A DNA stretch of 64,000 nt from a virus. Its lineage: Duplodnaviria; Caudoviricetes. Below are positions 28,664 to 33,531 of the stretch, in pieces. Each line of letters begins with the position of its first letter. The first letter of the stretch is position 1. Made by a program: the position numbers and the translations under genes. The notes under the pieces were generated by a model. It did no database searches, had not been told where the DNA came from, and worked only from the letters and a program-made list of their open reading frames with translations. The stretch lies in the IMG/VR virus record IMGVR_UViG_3300032240_000688, positions 2,199 through 66,198 of that record; one strand, 5' to 3'.

Positions 28664-28692
28664 TTGACAACGAGACTAAATAACTGTATAAT
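28664..28692 (+). promoter_or_regulatory. sigma70 promoter P2 of tRNA operon
   Basis: TTGACA-17-TATAAT; A-rich upstream; TAAATA inside spacer. Confidence 0.88.
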
Positions 28693-28750
28693 AAACACAT
28701 AGACAGCAAGATGCTGTTTATATTAACTGAAAGAGAAACTGGAAACAGAA

Positions 28751-28897
28751 ATGAAAAGCGTAATTAATTTTAGACAACATTGCTCGATAGCCAAACAGGT
28801 CGGCATGCCTACCTATTGGTCTGCGAATAATAGTCTATCATTGGATCGCACACCAGAGGGGATTACCCCGGGGTTCTTAGGAGGATCGTGTAGTTAA
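28751..28897 (+). CDS. Putative attenuator leader peptide (48 aa) MKSVINFRQHCSIAKQVGMPTYWSANNSLSLDRTPEGITPGFLGGSCS
   Basis: ATG after purine-rich leader; all 20 aa within first 36 codons; 38 distinct codons of 48; 3' end overlaps antiterminator. Confidence 0.7.
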   Translation: MKSVINFRQHCSIAKQVGMPTYWSANNSLSLDRTPEGITPGFLGGSCS

Positions 28898-28933
28898 CAA
28901 ATAATTACACAAACTTACCAAAAGGACCCCAGG
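28868..28933 (+). promoter_or_regulatory. Putative antiterminator hairpin
   Basis: CCGGGGTTCTT (28868-78) pairs with AAGGACCCC(A)GG (28922-33); inner GTGTAGTT/AATTACAC stem spans the leader stop codon. Confidence 0.7.
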
Positions 28934-28960
28934 ACTAAACACCCTGGGGTTTTTGTTTTT
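28922..28960 (+). terminator. Intrinsic terminator between leader and tRNA array
   Basis: ACCCCAGG-9 nt-CCTGGGGT followed by TTTTGTTTTT. Confidence 0.88.
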
Positions 28961-28973
28961 CGAGTGTGAATAT

Positions 28974-29148
28974 GTGGAAACGAGGTCCACGTCCTGCACT
29001 ATAAACATGGGACAAACGGGCGGCCTAGGCGATGGAGCATCGGGAGATGTGTCGAAAAACCCTAGCGTATTAAAGCATTCTCAGGCCGCAGGGCAAGTGG
29101 GTTCATCCATGTAGAGTGCTTTAATACACACATTCGAAAGAGTGTGTT
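28974..29148 (+). ncRNA. Unidentified structured RNA ahead of first tRNA
   Basis: Several hairpins, 15-bp GTATTAAAGCATTCT/AGAGTGCTTTAATAC stem, GCGGCCT/AGGCCGC pseudoknot pairing. Confidence 0.55.
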
Positions 29149-29151
29149 AAT

Positions 29152-29240
29152 GGAGATGCGGCTACGATGGTGGAGTGGCCCCGGACTGTAAATCCGGTAC
29201 TTAAGAAACGCAATAGGTTCGAATCCTATCATCTCCACCA
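29152..29240 (+). tRNA. tRNA-Tyr(GTA)
   Basis: Cloverleaf, loop CTGTAAA, long variable arm, CCA. Confidence 0.92.
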
Positions 29241-29245
29241 AATAT

Positions 29246-29320
29246 GCCGTAGTAGTTCTCTGGGAGAGCACTGGATTGTCTATCCAACTAAGGCGGGTTC
29301 GATTCCCGTCTACGGCGCCA
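29246..29320 (+). tRNA. tRNA-Asp(GTC), atypical loop
   Basis: Cloverleaf, loop TTGTCTA, GCCA end. Confidence 0.88.
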
Positions 29321-29326
29321 ATTTAT

Positions 29327-29402
29327 TCCCTAGTAGCACAGCGGTAGTTGCACTTGACTGTTAATCAAGGTGTCCGTGGTTCGATCCCACGCTGGGGAGC
29401 CA
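29327..29402 (+). tRNA. tRNA-Asn(GTT)
   Basis: Cloverleaf, loop CTGTTAA, CCA. Confidence 0.93.
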
Positions 29403-29407
29403 ATTTT

Positions 29408-29482
29408 GGGGGATTCATATACTGGGTATTATGCCTGCCTTGCACGTAGGTCAAAAGAGTTCGATTCTCTTATCCTCCACCA
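29408..29482 (+). tRNA. tRNA-Ala(TGC)
   Basis: Cloverleaf, loop CTTGCAC, G3:U70, CCA. Confidence 0.92.
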
Positions 29483-29488
29483 AATTAT

Positions 29489-29562
29489 TCCTCTGTAGTT
29501 AAATGGTCTAACAATCGGCTGATAACCGGTCATTACAAGTTCGATTCTTGTCGGAGGAACCA
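29489..29562 (+). tRNA. tRNA-Ile(GAT)
   Basis: Cloverleaf, loop CTGATAA, CCA. Confidence 0.92.
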
Positions 29563-29566
29563 ATTT

Positions 29567-29623
29567 TAGGATACTAACAGCAAATCTAATTTCAACTATT
29601 ATGGAAAAAGAAAATGTATCCTG
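29567..29623 (+). ncRNA. CAGCAA hairpin element copy 1
   Basis: TAGGATAC-taa-CAGCAA...GTATCCTG. Confidence 0.7.
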
Positions 29624-29632
29624 TTTTATTGT

Positions 29633-29706
29633 TGGGGGATAGTGTAGCGGTAACACAACAGACTTTGACTCTGTTAGCCTAGGTTCGATCCCTAGTGCCC
29701 CTGCCA
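29633..29706 (+). tRNA. tRNA-Gln(TTG)
   Basis: Cloverleaf, loop CTTTGAC, CCA. Confidence 0.9.
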
Positions 29707-29712
29707 AGTTTT

Positions 29713-29787
29713 ACTCCGGTCGTCTAGTGGCTAGGACGCCAGCCTTTCAAGTTGGAGAAGCGGGATCGAAACCCGTTCGGAGTACCA
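29713..29787 (+). tRNA. tRNA-Glu(TTC), divergent copy
   Basis: Cloverleaf, loop CTTTCAA, T-loop ATCGAAA, CCA. Confidence 0.9.
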
Positions 29788-29791
29788 ATCA

Positions 29792-29871
29792 TGTTGTATT
29801 GCTGGTTCGAAGCCAGCTTGTAGTCAAGACTAAGAATCAGCTACAATAGTTTAACTGGTAAAACTACAACA
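29792..29871 (+). ncRNA. Circularly permuted tRNA-like RNA without anticodon loop (YrlA-like topology)
   Basis: Order: closing stem, T-arm GCTGG-TTCGAAG-CCAGC, 7-bp looped acceptor TTGTAGT/GCTACAA, TA, D-arm GTTT-AACTGGTA-AAAC, closing stem. Confidence 0.75.
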
Positions 29872-29880
29872 ATTTTTTAT

Positions 29881-29959
29881 CTCGGTGTAGCTTAGTCCGG
29901 TTTAAAGCGCCTGGTTTGGGACCAGGAGATCGTGAGTTCGAATCCCACTTCCGAGACCA
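29881..29959 (+). tRNA. tRNA-Pro(TGG)
   Basis: Cloverleaf, loop TTTGGGA, CCA. Confidence 0.92.
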
Positions 29960-29966
29960 ATTTAAT

Positions 29967-30040
29967 GCGGGTATGATGTAATGGTAACCTGAAACCTTGC
30001 CAAGGTTTATTCGCGAGTTCGATTCTCGCTACCCGCTCCA
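29967..30040 (+). tRNA. tRNA-Gly(GCC)
   Basis: Cloverleaf, loop TTGCCAA, TCCA. Confidence 0.92.
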
Positions 30041-30045
30041 GTTTT

Positions 30046-30120
30046 GCCCCTTTCGTATAATGGATAATATACAAGCCTACGAAGTTTGGGATAGTGGTTC
30101 GATTCCATTAGGGGGCGCCA
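30046..30120 (+). tRNA. tRNA-Arg(ACG)
   Basis: Cloverleaf, loop CTACGAA, CCA. Confidence 0.92.
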
Positions 30121-30141
30121 AGTTTTTTAAAGGGTAGTTGT

Positions 30142-30369
30142 ATGACAAAGAAAGAAAGCCGTAGTAGCGAAATTGACACTGACAAATGTGTTGAGCTTGC
30201 TGGTAATAACCGTTATAATCTAGTGCTAATGGCATCAGCTCGCTCACGTGAGATCAGTAGACGTAACAAAGAAAGCATGCGGCATGAACACCTGCATCCA
30301 AATATAACTGCTATTCTTGAAATCCAAGATGGCAAGATTGGTACAGAGTACCTTAAGAAAGTAAATTAA
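30142..30369 (+). CDS. rpoZ: RNA polymerase omega subunit homolog
   Basis: DKCVELAGNNRYNLVLMASARSREI...PNITAILEIQDGKI matches the omega NR(F/Y)xLVxxAxxRAR...ALxEIxxG pattern. Confidence 0.8.
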   Translation: MTKKESRSSEIDTDKCVELAGNNRYNLVLMASARSREISRRNKESMRHEHLHPNITAILEIQDGKIGTEYLKKVN

Positions 30370-30380
30370 AGGAGAATGAC

Positions 30381-30404
30381 ATGAAACGTTCAGGTAAACG
30401 TTAG
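30381..30404 (+). CDS. Mini-ORF MKRSGKR followed by a structured RNA
   Basis: AAAGGAG RBS, ATG AAA CGT TCA GGT AAA CGT TAG; stem GTGTCAACT/GGTTGGCAC begins at the stop codon. Confidence 0.45.
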   Translation: MKRSGKR

Positions 30405-30466
30405 TGTCAACTTAGACCCCGTATTGGTCCTGGTTGGCACATTAAATCAAATTAATTACGACCAAC

Positions 30467-30540
30467 CTTCCGCAAGCATTAAGGTGATGTAGCTGGCTCT
30501 TACCCAGTTGAACTAGGTTCAATACCTAGGCGGAGGACCA
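30467..30540 (+). tRNA. tRNA-Lys(CTT), atypical
   Basis: Cloverleaf, loop CTCTTAC, A at position 8, CCA. Confidence 0.82.
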
Positions 30541-30544
30541 ATAT

Positions 30545-30619
30545 GGGGGTATAACTTAGCGGCTAAAGTAGTAGGCTTTTAACCTATTAATCAGGGTTCG
30601 ATTCCCTGTGCCCCTACCA
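30545..30619 (+). tRNA. tRNA-Lys(TTT)
   Basis: Cloverleaf, loop CTTTTAA, CCA. Confidence 0.92.
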
Positions 30620-30620
30620 T

Positions 30621-30683
30621 ATAAAAACACATTCGGTATGCCCATAGCATACAGAGACATCAGAAACGTGAGTGTGTTTCTAT
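30621..30683 (+). ncRNA. Inter-tRNA long-stem element
   Basis: AAACACATTC/GAGTGTGTTT stem enclosing GTATG-CCCATAG-CATAC hairpin. Confidence 0.45.
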
Positions 30684-30685
30684 AT

Positions 30686-30760
30686 GGTAATGTAGCATAA
30701 CGGTAGTGCAACACCTTCATACGGTGCCCAGTGAAAGTTCGACTCTTTCCATTACCACCA
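30686..30760 (+). tRNA. tRNA-Met or Ile2(CAT)
   Basis: Cloverleaf, loop TTCATAC, paired 1:72, CCA. Confidence 0.85.
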
Positions 30761-30764
30761 ATTT

Positions 30765-30821
30765 TAGGATACGAACAGCAACCAATTAAATTCAACCGTT
30801 AATTGAAAAATAAGTATCCTG
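30765..30821 (+). ncRNA. CAGCAA hairpin element copy 2
   Basis: TAGGATAC-gaa-CAGCAA...TTCAA-CCGTTAA-TTGAA...GTATCCTG. Confidence 0.7.
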
Positions 30822-30829
30822 TTTTATTC

Positions 30830-30903
30830 GCCCTATTAGTTTAATGGTAGAACACCTGTTTTGTAATCAGGTAATGGCAGTTCGATTCTGTCATGGGGCA
30901 CCA
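30830..30903 (+). tRNA. tRNA-Thr(TGT)
   Basis: Cloverleaf, loop TTTGTAA, CCA. Confidence 0.9.
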
Positions 30904-30909
30904 ATTTAT

Positions 30910-30983
30910 AGCGGGTTAGAGTAACGGTAATTCAGGAGTCTCATAAGCTCCAGATGGTGGTTCGATTCCATCACCCGCAACCA
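30910..30983 (+). tRNA. tRNA-fMet(CAT)
   Basis: Loop CTCATAA, mismatched 1:72, GCGGG acceptor, ACCA. Confidence 0.85.
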
Positions 30984-30988
30984 ATCAT

Positions 30989-31077
30989 GGAAGGTTATCA
31001 GGGCTGGGCCCTGCACTGTCTTGAAAACAGATGGACTGCGAAAGCGGTTGGAGTTCGATTCTACCATCCTTCCTCCA
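30989..31077 (+). tRNA. tRNA-Ser(TGA)
   Basis: Loop CTTGAAA, long variable arm, CCA. Confidence 0.88.
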
Positions 31078-31082
31078 AATAT

Positions 31083-31156
31083 GTATCTCTGGTGTAATGG
31101 CAGCACCGCAGTCTCCAAAACTGTCAGTCGGGGTTCGAGTCCCTGGAGGTACGCCA
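31083..31156 (+). tRNA. tRNA-Trp(CCA)
   Basis: Loop CTCCAAA, GCCA. Confidence 0.92.
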
Positions 31157-31162
31157 GTCTAT

Positions 31163-31238
31163 GGTGTTAGTAGTGTAGTGGTCTGCACATTGCTCTGTGA
31201 AAGCGATAGTATGGGATCGTTCCCCATCTAACACCCCA
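31163..31238 (+). tRNA. tRNA-His(GTG)
   Basis: Loop CTGTGAA, G-1:C73, CCA. Confidence 0.9.
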
Positions 31239-31244
31239 ATTAAT

Positions 31245-31318
31245 GCCTCGTTCGTCTAATGGTAGGGCCCTGCTTTTACACGGCAGAGACGGCAGTTCGA
31301 TCCTGTCACGAGGTACCA
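31245..31318 (+). tRNA. tRNA-Val(TAC)
   Basis: Loop TTTACAC, ACCA. Confidence 0.92.
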
Positions 31319-31322
31319 ATAT

Positions 31323-31398
31323 GCAACCTTAGCTGATGTGGTCATAGCACCGGTTTGAAGCACCGAGGAAAGAGGTTCGATCCCTCTAGGTTGCACCA
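31323..31398 (+). tRNA. tRNA-Phe(GAA), atypical loop
   Basis: Loop TTGAAGC, ACCA. Confidence 0.88.
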
Positions 31399-31406
31399 AA
31401 GACAAT

Positions 31407-31498
31407 GCCAGCGAGACTTGGAAGTCAGAGAGGTCTTATAAGCCTTTTAGCGCCAGATTAGCGTTCTTGAGAAGGTTCGATCCCTTCCGCTGGTACCA
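31407..31498 (+). tRNA. Non-canonical tRNA with TAT anticodon (Ile?) and long extra arm
   Basis: 7-bp acceptor, tiny D-arm GACT-TGGA-AGTC, extended anticodon stem with loop CTTATAA, long variable region, T-arm, ACCA. Confidence 0.75.
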
Positions 31499-31499
31499 T

Positions 31500-31576
31500 G
31501 CCCTGTTACGCTAATTGGTAGTGCGGATTCTCTCAAAAGGAGTTGGATGTCTGTTCGAATCAGACACAGGGTACCA
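31500..31576 (+). tRNA. tRNA-Leu(CAA) lacking long variable arm
   Basis: Loop CTCAAAA, 5-nt variable region, ACCA. Confidence 0.82.
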
Positions 31577-31580
31577 ATTT

Positions 31581-31654
31581 GCTCTTATAATTTAATGGTA
31601 GAATGCCTTCTTGGTATGGAGGCAATGATGGTTCGATTCCCTCTAAGAGCACCA
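31581..31654 (+). tRNA. tRNA-Thr(GGT)
   Basis: Loop TTGGTAT, ACCA. Confidence 0.88.
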
Positions 31655-31661
31655 AAAGTTG

Positions 31662-31690
31662 TTGACAAAACCTTTAAACAACTGTATAAT
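31662..31690 (+). promoter_or_regulatory. Internal sigma70 promoter in tRNA array
   Basis: TTGACA-17-TATAAT. Confidence 0.88.
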
Positions 31691-31696
31691 ATACTT

Positions 31697-31712
31697 TGTT
31701 CATTAACAATTT
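31697..31712 (+). promoter_or_regulatory. rrn boxA-like antitermination element
   Basis: TGTTCATTAACAATTT versus E. coli rrn boxA TGCTCTTTAACAATTT, right after promoter. Confidence 0.55.
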
Positions 31713-31726
31713 AGAAGAAAATTTAT

Positions 31727-31802
31727 GCTCGGTTCGTCTATCGGTCTAGGACACCGCCCTTTCACGGCGGGAAGAGGGGTTCGATTCCCCTACCGAGTAC
31801 CA
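31727..31802 (+). tRNA. tRNA-Glu(TTC), canonical copy
   Basis: CCGCC-CTTTCAC-GGCGG arm, CCA. Confidence 0.95.
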
Positions 31803-31839
31803 TATTAAAGTACATTTGCAAAAGTGTATTTCAATATAT

Positions 31840-31923
31840 GCCCTGGTGGTGGAATGGTAGACACGATGGTCTTAGAAGCCATTGTCGAAAGGCGTGGGAG
31901 TTCGAGTCTCCCCTGGGGCACCA
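31840..31923 (+). tRNA. tRNA-Leu(TAG)
   Basis: Loop CTTAGAA, long variable arm, ACCA. Confidence 0.95.
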
Positions 31924-31930
31924 AATTAAT

Positions 31931-32005
31931 CTGGCCTTAGTATAATGGATAATACAGTAGGCTTCTACCCTACGAATATGGGTTCGATTCCTGTAGGCCA
32001 GGCCA
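31931..32005 (+). tRNA. tRNA-Arg(TCT)
   Basis: Loop CTTCTAC, GCCA. Confidence 0.92.
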
Positions 32006-32018
32006 GTTTAGAAAATAT

Positions 32019-32095
32019 GCACCGGTAGTGTAGCGGTTTATCACGTCGCCCTGTCACGGCGAAGGTCACGGGTTCGATCCCCGTCCGGTGCGCCA
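32019..32095 (+). tRNA. tRNA-Asp(GTC), canonical copy
   Basis: TCGCC-CTGTCAC-GGCGA arm, GCCA. Confidence 0.95.
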
Positions 32096-32114
32096 CTTTA
32101 ATAGGAGAAGCTGT

Positions 32115-32258
32115 ATGTCAAAACAAGAAGACACTTTGAACAAGGCATACGGTAATGTGCCTAAAGAAGTTGGATTTAATCTAGAGTTAGATTGGTTACC
32201 AACATGGCGTGGAGTAAAGTACTACTGGTACAAGCTCATTCGCAAGGTAACGCGATAG
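32115..32258 (+). CDS. Small hypothetical protein (47 aa) inside tRNA array
   Basis: AGGAG RBS; MSKQEDTLNKAYGNVPKEVG...WYKLIRKVTR. Confidence 0.6.
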   Translation: MSKQEDTLNKAYGNVPKEVGFNLELDWLPTWRGVKYYWYKLIRKVTR

Positions 32259-32267
32259 TAAGAATAC

Positions 32268-32356
32268 GGAGGGGTCCCATAATGGTATTGGAGCAGATTG
32301 CTAATCTGTCGGTCGTTTAATACGGCTTCGGGGTTCAAGTCCCCGTCCCTCCGCCA
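32268..32356 (+). tRNA. tRNA-Ser(GCT)
   Basis: Loop TTGCTAA, long variable arm, GCCA. Confidence 0.92.
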
Positions 32357-32361
32357 TTTAT

Positions 32362-32439
32362 GCACAGGTGCCCGAGAGGCCCAAGGGAACGGATTGCAAA
32401 CCCGTAAAACCGTCAGTTCAAATCTGACCCTGTGCTCCA
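32362..32439 (+). tRNA. tRNA-Cys(GCA)
   Basis: Loop TTGCAAA, TCCA. Confidence 0.92.
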
Positions 32440-33158
32440 ACTGAAACAAAATTATCAAGGTGATCGATTTTGTTCAAATCAAGATGTTTAATTTGACTAT
32501 AATGAACACCCGGTGGCAATCCAGCTCGTGTTCTTTTAATATCAATTAAAAAGCACAATCGCCAATTTGGTGTGTTATTATAAGCACTATGCGCAAATTG
32601 ATTATTAAAAGCAAATATATCGTCCCATGTTACGATTTCACCAAACACTTCGAAATATATATCGCCTTTGGGTATAATTAAGGGAATGTGGATTCGTATG
32701 AAGTCACCGTCTCTGTTTTCAACATCAGTATGTCTGTTTATTTTGGAATTAGGGCCGAGAAGAGAATAGTTAGCGATCGGACAGTCATCTCCGTACTCTG
32801 CAATTATTTTCATTGCAGTCGGGTACTGTGAAATAGTTTCCTGATTAGTATCTTGAAAATATATTCCTGTATCTTTGTTAGAATATTTTAAACCTCTTGA
32901 CCTCCACATATCTATGTTTGTAGTGGAATCATTCTGTTGAACAAGCCAGGTTAATACTTTATCTGGAAGTTCTTCACGGCCGCCTATGCTAGGAGCCGAT
33001 GCGGCTTTGGCCATTTGGTTTAAACTATGAATTTTATTAGATGATTTTAACGGCCCAAGAAATTCATCTGTAAGGGCTTGTTGGAAACTCATTAGATAAT
33101 TTGCAATTGGAATTTCGTGGCGCCTATAAATTCGTTGGGGGAGATCATTTAGATTCAT
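32418..33158 (-). CDS. Aspartyl/asparaginyl beta-hydroxylase-like 2OG oxygenase
   Basis: YSLLGPNSKINRHTD, RIHIPLIIP, FNNQFAHSAYN, RLCFLIDI. Confidence 0.8.
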   Translation of the reverse strand: MNLNDLPQRIYRRHEIPIANYLMSFQQALTDEFLGPLKSSNKIHSLNQMAKAASAPSIGGREELPDKVLTWLVQQNDSTTNIDMWRSRGLKYSNKDTGIYFQDTNQETISQYPTAMKIIAEYGDDCPIANYSLLGPNSKINRHTDVENRDGDFIRIHIPLIIPKGDIYFEVFGEIVTWDDIFAFNNQFAHSAYNNTPNWRLCFLIDIKRTRAGLPPGVHYSQIKHLDLNKIDHLDNFVSVGAQGQI

Positions 33159-33197
33159 AAAAATATTTAGTTACCCAATGTAGCCACTTTTAAGTTT

Positions 33198-33259
33198 TAG
33201 GATAGCAACAGCAAATTTAAAAAATCTTTTCTTGAAAAAAAGCCAAAAATGCTATCCTG
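33198..33259 (+). ncRNA. CAGCAA hairpin element copy 3
   Basis: TAGGATAG-caa-CAGCAA...CTTTT-CTTGAAA-AAAAG...CTATCCTG. Confidence 0.7.
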
Positions 33260-33275
33260 TTTTATCCAAAAAGAG

Positions 33276-33304
33276 TTGACACAACTCCTTGATTCGTATA
33301 TAAT
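33276..33304 (+). promoter_or_regulatory. sigma70 promoter
   Basis: TTGACA-17-TATAAT, followed by a small GCAA-loop hairpin. Confidence 0.88.
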
Positions 33305-33337
33305 ATACACATAGCAAGGCAACTTGTTAAGCAGTTT

Positions 33338-33446
33338 TAGGATCGGTTCAGCAATTTACTATACTTGAAGGTCGGACCGCTCTTCGGAGCACCTCGACGA
33401 ACTGGTTTGGAGATCCAGTCTAATCAAATCGACAACAACGATCCTG
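33338..33446 (+). ncRNA. CAGCAA hairpin element copy 4 (long)
   Basis: TAGGATCG-gtt-CAGCAA...GCTC-TTCG-GAGC...CGATCCTG. Confidence 0.7.
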
Positions 33447-33458
33447 TTTGAATTTATA

Positions 33459-33519
33459 TAGGTTAAGTTCAGCAATCAATTTTCACGCATATCGAAAACT
33501 GCCGTAAGGCATTAACCTG
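33459..33519 (+). ncRNA. CAGCAA hairpin element copy 5, abutting RBS of DUF2828 gene
   Basis: TAGGTTAA-gtt-CAGCAA...TGCC-GTAA-GGCA-TTAACCTG then AAAGGAAG and ATG. Confidence 0.7.
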
Positions 33520-33531
33520 AAAGGAAGTATC

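Noticed and set aside
28699-28721. Sixth CAGCAA element (AGACAGCAAGATGCTGTTT)
   Set aside because: Here CAGCA is itself base-paired in a small promoter-proximal hairpin and lacks the TAGG...CCTG closing stem.
28974-29062. Hammerhead ribozyme (GAAAC present)
   Set aside because: No CUGAnGA core in the required arrangement.
30404-30464. tmRNA piece or TAG read-through signal
   Set aside because: No T-arm or alanyl acceptor identity; read-through would end after only 16 more codons.
29062-32458. ORF-track ORFs overlapping the tRNA array (both strands)
   Set aside because: They are shadows of tRNA genes with no RBS or protein motifs; only rpoZ, the mini-ORF and 32115-32258 were kept.
29567-33519. 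CAGCAA repeats as a CRISPR array
   Set aside because: Dispersed, variable-length, stem-covarying elements rather than identical repeats with regular spacers; no cas genes in the window.
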